NCBI RefSeq assembly: GCF_006345805.1
Contig: NC_043008.1
Span: forward strand, 64,542,001 to 64,606,000
Direction: 5' to 3'
Length of the DNA: 64,000 bases
DNA from: Octopus sinensis
Taxonomy: Eukaryota
Part shown: in pieces, positions 25,872 through 36,438 of the stretch
Layout of the letters: each line of letters starts with the position of its first letter
Numbering within the stretch: position 1 is the first letter of the stretch
Notes under the pieces: model-generated
Database searches by the model: none
What the model was told of the DNA's origin: nothing
What the model saw: the letters and a program-made list of their open reading frames with translations, nothing else
Made by a program: the position numbers and the translations under genes

Positions 25872-28051
25872 TTACTTCCTTGTGTCGAAAGTTTTGGCTT
25901 CCTCGTCCTTTGATGTGTCTTGGAGAAGGTTTTTATAGAGTGTTTTCGAGAGATATTTTTGGAACCCCCCAACCTCATTTGGAAAGAGGGCTTTGAGTGT
26001 GTGGTGTTGTGTTAGTATGATGTGTAGTATTTTGATGTGTTTGGGTGGTGTAGTGCGTGGATGGTTGTTAGTTTTGAAGTCATCTTCACAGATGTTTGTG
26101 TGGGCTGTGATGTACTCCACTAGTTTGGAGTCTTTGGTGTCTATCGCTGATAGTATTGTGTGTGTTTTTGTGGTGTTGGTGCTTGTTTGGTTGTGTATGG
26201 AGCTTTGTGGGTTTAGATATCTCCCGCTTTGGTTGCGTTTTCCTGTTTGTTTGTTTTTTAATCTTTTTCTTTTACCCCCGGTGGCTATTTGCCATTCTGT
26301 CGAACTTTCATCGTTAGATGAAAAATCTGACGAATCAGAAGAGGGTAAGGGCAAAGTATCTGGGTCTGTTTGTGTGGTTGTAGATATTGTTGTGGTGTGC
26401 GGAGGGTGTTGCTGGGGGGTTTGGTGTGGTGATTGTCTCTTCTACATCCTTGGTGCTTGTCTTCTTCGTTGTTGTTCTCGGTATTGGAATTGGTTTAGTT
26501 GTTGGTGGTGGTGTTGATTCTGTTCTTGGCGCAGGTGGTGGTGTTGTTTGGTTGGGTTGGTCCGTTCTTTGTTGCTTTTCATGCATTTCTGCATATAGCT
26601 TCTTGATTAGCCGTCCATACTGTGGTGTGGGCAATAATGCTGGCTTTTGTGGTTTTTCCTGCGGCTGTTGTTGTGTCGTTGTTGTCGTTGTTTCGCGGCA
26701 AATTTGCACTCCTTTTTGAGGTATGTTTTACTGCCGCATGTATAGCAGCGTGGCCTTCTGCCCTCGACTACTACATACAACTTGTGGTCTTCCGCAAGAT
26801 GTATGTGGGTGGGTATTTTGTTAATGTCGTCTTGGCTTATGTGGAGGAGAATCTCCAGTCTCTTTTCCACCCAGTCCTTGTGTTTCGAAACAGCGATTTG
26901 CAGGATGTTTATGTCCTCCATTTCGACGCATATGGCGGATGTTATCCATAGTGTGTTTGTTATTTGCGGGACATTATTGATAATGACCTTTGTTACCCTC
27001 TGGCCAAGGTAACTGGGTGTCATTGTTAGCTCATCTGAATGAAGAGTTAGCGTTGGGAATTGCTTTGCCAACTCTTCATTCTGCAAAACCACCTGTACGT
27101 GGGCAAACTTGTTCGACCAAGTCACATACTCTTTGTATCCCCAGATGGGGCGTAGGCATTTTTCTATTTTGTTTGTGTTTGCTTTTTCTGGACTTTTAGT
27201 TGTGTTGTTTGTTATTTTATAAATAATCGTTTTCTTTTTTTCCTCATTCAGTACGTGTTGTGGTAATTGCCGTTATCTTTGGTGATTAGGGCTCTGGTGT
27301 CTTTTATCTGCTGTGCAGTAAACGATACTATTATTCTTTTTTTCTATTATCGCCTCGGCGAAGTTTTTTGTTGTTTTGTTATTGTTGTTACTGCTGGTGG
27401 TGTTGGTGTTGATGGCAGAGGTGTGGGTTGTAGGTATATTAGGTTTGTGGTTGCTGATTATGCAACTATCAAGGGTGGAAAGTTGTCTGTATAATTTGCC
27501 CCTGCATTAGCGCAAATTTCGGCAACTCGTTTGATGGTCGCGGTTATTTCTTTCTCTCCTTGACTTGTTGGTGATGGAGGGAACAATGGCTGAAGGGAAT
27601 TGTTGTTGTTGTTGTTATTGTCGTTCTTGGTGGCGGCGGTGGTATTAGTAGCAAGGGAGGCAGTCGTAGTAGCAGATATTGTAGTGGCGGCATTGGTATT
27701 GACGGCACGGTCTTTGGTGGCGGTGATGGTGATTGGTCTGGTGATCTTGGTATTGTTATTGTTGTTGGTAGTGGTGTCGTTAGCTGAGGTAGCAGTTGTA
27801 GTAGCAGAAGCTGACATGGTGGTGGTGTCGGTGTTGATGGTGGGATCATTGGTGGCGGTGACGGTGCTTGGCCTTGCGACCTTTGTTTTGTAGTTGTTGC
27901 TGTTGTCGATGCTGATGGTGGTGGTTGTGGTGGTGGTAGTGTAAGTAGCATTCACACAGTCAAGTTCAGCGCATGGTGACAGGGAATCATGCATTTTTGT
28001 TTTGGCGTCACGCTTCAGTTGCGCCTCAGCCTCGTGGTGACCAGTAGCCAT
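25872..28051 (-). pseudogene. LINE ORF1: gag-like nucleic-acid-binding protein, fragmented
   Basis: Thr/Asn low-complexity N-terminus. The segment 27125-26700 contains LYVVVEGRRPRCYTCGSKTYLKKEC, a CCHC knuckle with H>Y. There are stops and frameshifts near 27460, 26700 and 26350-26390. Confidence 0.75.
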
Positions 28052-28267
28052 TTTTAAAAATAAAAATGGCTAAAATACAACACGAGGCTGCCGAGAATTT
28101 TTAAAATTTTGCCAACAAAGGGCGAAATTTTGTGTAGATATTAGTCAAGGTTTGCAGTGGATGTTGTTGCACAACTTTTAAACACAAAATATTTGACAAT
28201 AAACACTTTTGAACGTACAAAATGACCAACTTACTTGGAGCCCATTTGACTTGCGTCTGTCTGTCCA

Positions 28268-28289
28268 GATAGACAGATAGATAGATAGC

Positions 28290-28378
<89 letters not shown>
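28268..28378. repeat. (GATA)n microsatellite upstream of the LINE 5' end
   Basis: Seen directly in the sequence. Confidence 0.95.
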
Positions 28379-29278
28379 GTGACTAAGCAAAAACAATGAA
28401 CGGACGGCGATATCAAAATGCAACGACCAGCAAACATCTTAAAAACTATTACTATCTTACCTAGTCTAAGAAGAGTAAGCTTCGAACTATCTCCGTGTTT
28501 GTCGTTCGTAGTACCAACATTTTGGTGTTTACGATAAGAATGAATATTCTATTATCATACGTCTCTGTCTTCAGTATTCTTTATCGTAACACTGGAGTGA
28601 GAGAGGGCTACGAACATGGTAATATTTACAGATGAGCAAAATGGCCAAAAGGAAATGTAGTCACTTGACTATACAAGCACGAGCCGCTTGTTCCCAGAAT
28701 TTAGTCCATAACCCAATGATTTTGAGCCGAATATATGCCTTCATAAAATTGTATATGTATTCTTGTTTTGTCTGCGTACAATTGAATATGTGTATGTGTG
28801 CATGTGTGTACGTATGTGAGTGTTTTTTTTTTACTTTTGTGTTATGTACGCTTACGCGACTCACATTAAAAGTGTTTCTCCTTGCGAATGTTGTTAGAAA
28901 TCTTCTGCGAATGTTGTTAGAAATCTTCTGCGAATTGTTCTGTTAACGATATTTTCCAAATTTGACCACTTCTTGTCTAGCTTCAGGAACCACAATCCCA
29001 GATTCCCAAACATGCTTTCGTTTGGAGGATTTAAGAATTAATTTAATATATTGAGGAAATGGTAGTAATTTCATTTATGGGAAATAATTAAATATTGTTT
29101 CAGATAATAAATTGGCCAACGAACTCTTGTCTTTTCCGAGATAGAACACAAAATGGTCTTACTTCTATATGTTATCCACTCTCTCCCTCTTTCTCTCTCT
29201 CACTTTCTCTTTCTCTTTCTTTCTCGCTCTCTAAAATAACCGTTCTTTATGCTTATATGTATATACAGCTAGATAAAT

Positions 29279-29335
<57 letters not shown>

Positions 29336-29363
29336 CAAATAAGCAACGAGAATGAAGCCGGTA

Positions 29364-29453
29364 ATTTGGTACGATCGTTTCGTACTACATCATTTTATTA
29401 CATGTTGTAAGTATTACAACAGTTTTAAAATGCTGAGCACTCATCAGCCAATT
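29364..29453 (-). ncRNA. Type I hammerhead ribozyme with canonical core and long stem II
   Basis: TTGG-CTGATGA-GTGCT...(TGTTGTAA tac TTACAACA)...AGTAC-GAAA-CGATCG-TA-CCAA. Stem III is the palindrome ACGATCGT. The GUA site predicts cleavage between 29370 and 29369. Confidence 0.85.
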
Positions 29454-30050
29454 ATAGAGGTTTTCCATTAATACAAAAATGTTCATATCAAGTGGCAACA
29501 TTATAGAGAAGGTAGATACATAGACAAAGATGTGGATTTAAATTTTAAGAACATTTGATGTAGTGGAGCTCATCAACTGACTGACTAAGATTCAATTGTT
29601 CCAGACTACTTTAAGGTTATAAGAATGAAAAACAAGTGAGAGGAGACAATAAAGGTTTTCTAATTATAGAAATGGGGTAAAGGGGATGTTGATCTGATTT
29701 AAATATCTGCTGTTGTTTAAACAGTGACCAGGTGATCAGATCAAAGACAGTTGACCTTTCTACAAAACAGCTGAAGTTACAGTGGTTGTGGTTTCAACTT
29801 TGAGTTTTGAAACCACCTGAAGAATGAATATCTCATAGAAGTGCTGACACGAAACGATCGTAGTGGTTATTTTAATTAAATTTAATTATATAAATTATTT
29901 TATGTATTGGCTTAAGTCTTTCTTTGTTTGATTTGCATAATAGCGGTTTTGTCTCTAATTTAATATAATATAATATTTTACTATAAAATTGGATTCAATC
30001 CTAAATCTGATTTTTCCCTGTAAATTTGGATTTATTCCCTAATATTTATT
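29454..30050 (+). mobile_element. Probable Penelope 3' end (endonuclease C-terminal remnant, 3'UTR and hammerhead)
   Basis: AGAGAAGGTAGATACATAGACAAAGATGTGGATTTAAAT reads REGRYIDKDVDLN, resembling the GIY-YIG C-terminal E..YI...LN. The hammerhead follows downstream and the block ends at (TA)n. Confidence 0.45.
29811..29868 (+). ncRNA. Type I hammerhead ribozyme motif
   Basis: AACCAC-CTGAAGA-ATG...CAC-GAAA-CGATCG-TA-GTGGTT. Stem I is a perfect 6 bp and the GUA site is at 29860-29862. Stem II is weak, with an A10.1/C11.1 mismatch. Confidence 0.75.
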
Positions 30051-30260
30051 ATATATATATATATATATATAAGTAATACTAAGCAACAAGGGTTTAGCAA
30101 CGAGTTGCCTTACCACATACCGAATTTAGAAATAGCAGTCAAAGGGTTATAGCTATTTCTTTACTAAAAAGGGAGATCTCAGTAAAAACAGCATTTGGAA
30201 GGCACAAACAGGGGAAGGAGAATGAATTGACTGCAATCTATCATACATTTTTTTTTAGTT

Positions 30261-30374
30261 ATCCACGGACGTACGTTTCGAAATCAAGTTTAAGGAAAGC
30301 ATACGAATTAAATATTAAATATTAAATAATAAATAATTCTATCTTACCGAAACTTCTTTCTCTTCAGCGTAGAA
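30261..30374 (-). ncRNA. Array hammerhead, copy 1 (intact)
   Basis: CTACG-CTGAAGA-GAAA..~75 nt..TTTC-GAAA-CGTACG-TC-CGTGG. Confidence 0.8.
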
Positions 30375-30863
30375 TACTATAATCATAAATGATATATATT
30401 GAATTTTGAGATACCAGAAGGCACCAACTCCACTCAGTATCAGAGCGAGCTAGAACCCGCAACGGTATCCCCGAATTCAATTTGTGAATGAAACGATTGT
30501 GTCAACAGCCCTTCCCACCGCGTGTAGCCAAAACAAGATGCTGTGGTCATCTACGAGATTAAAAATATGGTTATCCGTAATAATGAAGGGTGAAATTAAT
30601 TAATTTGGAGAAATTATCAATTACACCAATAGTTCCTTGGCATGTAAAAGCCTCATTCGAGGAAAATTTAAGTAATACTAAGCAATAAGGGTTTAGCACG
30701 AGTTGCCTTACCACATACCGAATTTAGAAATAGCAGTCAAAGGGTTATAGCTATTTCTTCTTCTACTAAAAAGTGGAGATCTCAGTAAAACAGCATTTGG
30801 AAGGCACACAACACAGGTAAGAGAGAATGAATGACTGCAATCTATCATACATTTTTTTTATTT

Positions 30864-30982
30864 ATCCACGGACGTACGTTTCGAAATCAAGTCTTAAGGA
30901 AAGCATACGAATTAAATATTAAATATTAAATAATAAATAATTCTATCTTGAAACTGACTTTCTTTTCTCTCTCAGCGTAGAA
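30864..30982 (-). ncRNA. Array hammerhead, copy 2 (core altered to CTGAGAGA)
   Basis: Same flanks as copy 1, with a change in the core (real mutation or sequencing error). Confidence 0.6.
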
Positions 30983-31281
30983 TACTATAATCATAAATGA
31001 TTATATTATTGAATTTGGAGATACCAAAGGCCACCCACCTCCACTCATATATCAGAGCGAGCTAGAACCCGCAACTGGGACCCTTCATTATTATGTAGAC
31101 CACCAGCATTTGTTTTGGCTACACGCGTGTGGGAAGGGGCTGTTGACACCATCGTTTCATTCACAAATTTCTTGAATTCGGGGCTACCAGTTGCGGGTTC
31201 TAGCTCGCTCTGATACTGAGTTGAGTTGGTGCCTTCTGGTATCTCAAAATTCAATATATATAATCATTTATGATTATAGTA

Positions 31282-31398
31282 TTCTACGCTGAAGAGAAAA
31301 GAAGTTTCGGCGGTAAAGATAGAATTATTTATTTAATATTTAATATTTAATTCGTATGCTTTCCTTAAGACTTGATTTCGAAACGTACGTCCGTGGAT
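31282..31398 (+). ncRNA. Array hammerhead, copy 3 (intact)
   Basis: Core at 31289-31295. Stem II pairs GAAA 31296-31299 with TTTC 31376-31379. GAAACGTACGTC gives GUC cleavage after 31391. Stem I is 6 bp with one G-U. Confidence 0.85.
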
Positions 31399-31886
31399 AA
31401 CTAAAAAAATGTATGATAGATTGCAGTCAATTCATTCTCTCTTACCTGTTTGTGCCTTCCAAATGCTGTTTTTACTGAGATCTCCCTTTTTAGTAGAAGA
31501 ATAGCTATAACCCTTTGACTGCTATTTCTAAATTCGGTATGTGTTAAGGCAACTCGTTGCTAAACCCTTATTGCTTAGTATTACTTAAATTTTCCTCGAA
31601 TGAGGCTTTTACATGCCGAAGACTACTTGGTGTAATTGATAATTTCTCCAATTACTTAATTTCCCACCCTTCATTATTACGGATAACCATATTTTATCTC
31701 AGTAGATGACCACAGCATCTTGTTTTGGCTACACGCGGGTGGGAAGGGGCTGTTGACACAATCGTTTCATTCACACTTGAATTTGGTCGGATACCAGTTG
31801 CGGGTTCTAGCTCGCTCTGATACTGAGTGGAGTTGGTGCCTTCTGGTATCTCAAAATTCAATATATAATCATTTATGATTATAATA

Positions 31887-32000
31887 TTCTACGCTGAAGA
31901 GAAAAGAATTTCGGTAAGATAGAATTATTTATTATTTAATATTTAATATTTATTCGTATGCTTTCCTTAAGACTTGATTTCGAAACGTACGTCCGTGGAT
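31887..32000 (+). ncRNA. Array hammerhead, copy 4 (intact)
   Basis: Core at 31894-31900 and GUC cleavage after 31993, which is 602 nt from the copy 3 site. Confidence 0.85.
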
Positions 32001-32482
32001 AACTAAAAAAATGTATGATAGATTGCAGTCATTCATTCTCTCTTACCTGTTTGTGCCTTCCAAATGCTGTTTTTACTGAGATCTCCCTTTTTAGTAGAAG
32101 AAATAGCTATAACCCTTTGACTGCTATTTCTAAATTCGGTATGTGGTAAGGCAACTCGTTGCTAAACCTTATTGCTTAGTATTACTTAAATTTTCCTCGA
32201 ATGAGGCTTTTACATGCCGAAGACTACTTGGTGTAATTGATAATTTCTCCAAATTAATTAATTTCACCCTTCATTATTACGGATAACCATATTTTATCTC
32301 AGTAGATGACCACAGCTTTATGTTTTTGGTGGCGCGCGGTGTTAGGGGCTGTACACTTCATTCGGCAAATGATTTTGGGTAATCAGTTCGTTTGCGGGTT
32401 TTAGCTCGCTCTGATTTCCTATGGTTGGTGGCTTCTGGTATCTCATCCTCAAAATTCAATTTATTTTGATTTATGAGTATGC

Positions 32483-32591
32483 TTCTAGCTGAAGAGAAAA
32501 GAAGTTTCGTTAGGTGCGGAATGTTATTATTTAATATTTAATATTAATTCGTATGGTTCTTTAAGACTTGATTTCGAACTACGTCCGTGGT
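32483..32591 (+). ncRNA. Array hammerhead, copy 5 (degenerate)
   Basis: The core CTGAAGA is intact, but the 3' half reads GAACTACGTC, with deletions. Confidence 0.5.
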
Positions 32592-32869
32592 GGAACTAAA
32601 AAAATGTATGATAGATTGTCAGCCAATTATTCTCTCTTACCTGTTTGTGCCTTCCAAATGCTGTTTTTACTGAGATCTCCCTTTTAAGTAGAAAAATAGC
32701 TATAACCCTTTGACTGCTATTTCTAAATTCGGTATGTGGTAAGGCAACTCGTTGCTAAACCCTTATGCTTAGTATTACTTAATTTTCCTCGATGAGGCTT
32801 TTACATGCCGAAGACTACTTGGTGTAATTGATAATTTCTCCAAATTAATTAATTTCACCCTTCATTATT

Positions 32870-32906
<37 letters not shown>

Positions 32907-33004
32907 CATGTGTGTGTATTTATACATAAATGCACATACAGACTCACACACGCACACACACACACACACACTTATACATATTTATATAAACATATTTATT
33001 CTAC

Positions 33005-35000
33005 GTTATGTACCCCGATTTTCATGTATTATTGTTGGTTAATTGGCCATTCTTCAGACTCAGTATGTTTTCTTCCACGTGAGAATTCAAATTTGAAGAA
33101 TAACTTAAACTCCACAATTAATTATTGCTTCGGGTGAAAATCTTAGGATGCATGAGTCATTTATTTCTATTTAGATGTTATCGGAAGAAAGAAAATAAAC
33201 TAGAAAATATATGAAAGACTAAACAAAATATGATCGGATTAAAGTATGTGGGATAAGAAAATGAGTGGGGGAGGAATGAAAGGAGGGTATTTCATGAAGA
33301 CACTGATTTCTCGGGTACTAAGTGCGAAATACCGTCAGTAAGCAATACACTCAATACATCTTAATAGATACACGGCATATAAACATTTTAATCAGTAATT
33401 AGCTGTAAAAGAATTTTAGTGGGACTGTTTAGTATGGTATATGCAATTAGGCAAGAAATATCTGTTAAAATGTCTATATCTCGGTGAAAATTTCAGATAT
33501 TGTACTGATGTGCTCTTCTGTATCTAGTAAAATACGTGTCAAAATCAAAGAATGTTACGGTCTCCATTCTTAGATAAAAATAAATAAATATTCCTTCTTG
33601 AGCCATGCCAGGCTCATAAAGGCCGGTTTCCCGGTTTCAGTGGCGTAGAAATTCCCCATATGGACGGGACGCCGGTCCGTCGCAGGATTACACATTTTTG
33701 CCTGCTGAGTGGACAGGAGAATGTGAAATGAAGTGTTTTGCTCAAGAACACAACGCATCGCCAGGTCCAGGAATCGAAACCACAACCTTATGATTATAAG
33801 TTCAACACCTTAACCACTAAGCCACGCACCTCCACATTCTTTGATAGGGTTGATGATATTGGACTTATAGTGTTCTTTCTCTGCGAATCCAGCGACTTCA
33901 AAAATGTATGAACTCGTTTAGTGACAAATAGAAAATCTTATTAGAAGATACTAATAAGACTTTTTCAAAGTTCGGATAGTGGCAGGAACCTACGTTTATA
34001 TAGAAAAGATTTTTATCAGGTTTAATTATGAATCTATGCAAATTAGTGTTTAAATTAGCATAACATTTAAGAAGGTAACTATTGTTAAATTTATGTCCAT
34101 AGTTATTTTTAGGTCGAATATTCTGAATGCTTGGATAAGTACTTCTTCATTTAATACGTCGAAGATGTTATTGCTGGCGTATTTAGTTATAGTTAATCCA
34201 CTGATAATGCTGGAGAAAGTCTATTGGCATTTGTCGTATATCTATGTTACATAATCTTATAATGTTATATAATTCGGCGTTGTTGTACGTCCGTGTCTTG
34301 ACAAGATCTCTATGGTGGGATGAAAATGAGTCTTTACCTAAAATCTTTATGACATGCATTTTCAAATATCTTGAAAATATTATATTCTCATTATATTCTT
34401 CATTGTGTTTCTTAGCAAGAGTAAGATCGGTAATGTCAAATTGGGTAAATCTATCTCCATCACTAAGGTTATTGGTAAATTATATCATTAAATGCATGTT
34501 TTGTTATTGTACCATTTTTGATTGTCTTTATATGTTTTTGCTAAATTTAACTACAATTTTCATTACCATCTAATCTGATCTCATATATACTTAGGTTTTA
34601 TTATATTTCCCATGCGTTGATAAAGTAACTTTTAATTATGATTCTTAATTGTAATGTGAACCGTGTATTTAGCTACTCTTAATTTGAGAGGTATATTTTC
34701 CGTCACAATATCTAAAATTTTGTAAGATTTGCATGGGATTTCATATAAACTAAGAATGTCTTATTGAGTAGCTTCTTATACTGATTATATGTATATAATA
34801 TGTGCTATAACATTTATCGGAAATATTTTGTATACTTGGAAATTTTAGATTAGATATAACTAGAGAACTCAAAATACTAAATTAAAAGATGTGATCCTTG
34901 TACAGCTGGAAAAGGCCTTTATTTTAAAAACGAAACTTAACACTGAATAATCTTCAAATTCAAGCCTGAAGTTCTTATAAAATCTAATCATTCTGAAAAT
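33005..35000 (-). pseudogene. Decayed Penelope-like element (RT remnant) ending in a degenerate hammerhead and a TA/CA tract
   Basis: Minus-strand FTQFDITD (~34430-34450), FDLKITMDINLTIVTFLNVML (~34055-34120) and FIIKPDKNLFYINVGSCH (~33975-34035) match Penelope RT motifs. A CTGAAGA-ATG..CAT-GAAA remnant lies at 33005-33063. Confidence 0.75.
33577..33834 (-). mobile_element. Family C SINE inserted into the Penelope remnant
   Basis: 12-bp TSD CATTCTT(A/T)GATA at 33565-33576 and 33835-33846. Confidence 0.85.
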
Positions 35001-35425
35001 ATTTTTTGTCTAAGCTAACATACCACGACTACCATCCTAAAATAGCTCATCAGGATTTATTTATATGGTAATATGTTATACATCAGATATAAATAGCTAT
35101 ACACGTACATATTTCTGCTTCACTTTTGTGAACTGTATTTCATCTTTAATGATTATAATTTGTATGTCATTACTGCTTCGTCGTAGCCCACTATCACCCT
35201 TTACTATATATTGCATTTATTTTTTTCATTTTGTTACATTTGTCTTTCGATTTATTTCATTTATATTCAATTTTTCTTCATACATTGCTACTTGAATATT
35301 TTCTTATTTCTCTGGGATATATTAAGTTTGCTTTCAAAGGCTGACAGTTTTTCTAACTATGTCACCCACGTAATACTAATAGTGGATAGAGTTTTTCAAA
35401 TATGGATTCCCAGTTCAGTAAACAA

Positions 35426-35482
35426 GCTTCGGCTGATGAATGTCTAATGAAGCACTAATTAAGACATGAAACCTGGGAGGAA
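35426..35482 (+). ncRNA. Hammerhead remnant (core and stem II intact, cleavage site lost)
   Basis: CTGATGA-ATGTCT..16 nt..AGACAT-GAAAC-CTGGG. No GUH follows the stem III region. Confidence 0.5.
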
Positions 35483-35628
35483 TTTCTGTATAATCAATAT
35501 TTTGTAGAGATCTCTCTCTTTCACTCTCTGCCTCTCATTCCCTCTCCCCCTTCCCTCTCACTCTCTCCCTTACCCGTCAATCTCTTCCCTTTCTCTCTGT
35601 ATCTTTTTGTATACATATCTATATATGC

Positions 35629-35659
<31 letters not shown>

Positions 35660-35775
35660 CACACACAAACACATAAAATGTATCATATTGGACGTATACC
35701 TACATACACACGCACACACACACATATATATATATATAGATATAGATGTTTGTGTGTGCGCATATATATATAAAT

Positions 35776-35809
<34 letters not shown>

Positions 35810-35832
35810 ATATTAATGTATGTATATATATA

Positions 35833-36060
35833 TAACGGGAAGCTTTATGAAAATAACAAAAGACGAAGGCAGGTGGAAAACAAACGAACAATTGTATTAG
35901 TATGGCGCTCAGGAATATAAATAAAACAAGTCTTAACGTTTCGAGCCTACGCTCTTCAACAGAAAGATACACAAGAGAGAAAAACACAGAAAGAAGGAGA
36001 GAAAAATGCGTGCAGTAGCTAACAATCAACATGGCGATCTGATTTCGGCCAGAGGTCAAA
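35833..36060 (-). mobile_element. Penelope-type terminal repeat fragment with a hammerhead-like motif at 35930-35968
   Basis: TCTTT-CTGTTGA-A-GAGC gtag GCTC-GAAACGTT-AAGA has a non-canonical U at position 6. The fragment ends at (TA)n. Confidence 0.45.
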
Positions 36061-36195
36061 GATCAAACATGAGACGCGAGAGCGAAATAAGGGGAGATAA
36101 TAGGGTTGATAAAAGGGTTGAGGGACCAGCTAAAAGTGCGTGGGAGGGGTCTGGATGTGTGTATGTATAGGGTTGGTGTATGTATTAGTATGTAT

Positions 36196-36230
<35 letters not shown>

Positions 36231-36344
36231 AGAGAGTATTAGTGCGTAAGATTGGTCTGGACGTGCGTATGTATGGGATTGGTGTATGTATTAGTATATA
36301 CATGTAAGTATATATCGGTATCTATTTCTCTCTCTCTTCATATA

Positions 36345-36401
<57 letters not shown>

Positions 36402-36406
36402 CAAGC

Positions 36407-36438
<32 letters not shown>

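Larger units (their letters stand above)
22882..28215 (-). mobile_element. Tx1/L1-clade non-LTR retrotransposon, 5'-intact, 3'-truncated, pseudogenised
   Basis: 5'UTR (boundary approximate), ORF1 28051-25872, a 50-bp spacer, and ORF2 from 25821 to the break at 22882. Confidence 0.9.
30071..32875. repeat. ~600-bp tandem repeat array (~4.7 monomers) with one hammerhead per monomer and a strand switch at ~31080
   Basis: The monomer start AGTAATACTAAGC is at 30072 and 30671. Its reverse complement ends at 31586, 32187 and 32780. (TA)n flanks both ends. Confidence 0.9.

Noticed and set aside
23070-27893. Plus-strand and alternative-frame ORFs overlapping the LINE
   Set aside because: They are antisense or shadow frames of ORF1 and ORF2, favoured by the base composition.
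28080-28260. HDV-like ribozyme at the LINE 5' end
   Set aside because: I could not find the nested double-pseudoknot pairings by eye.
31045-31254. 69-aa ORF within the 600-bp monomer
   Set aside because: It spans the inversion junction, is not open in the other monomers and shows no recognisable similarity.
35005-35060. Minus-strand CTGATGA-GCTA...TAGC
   Set aside because: Not followed by GAAA. Too degenerate to call.
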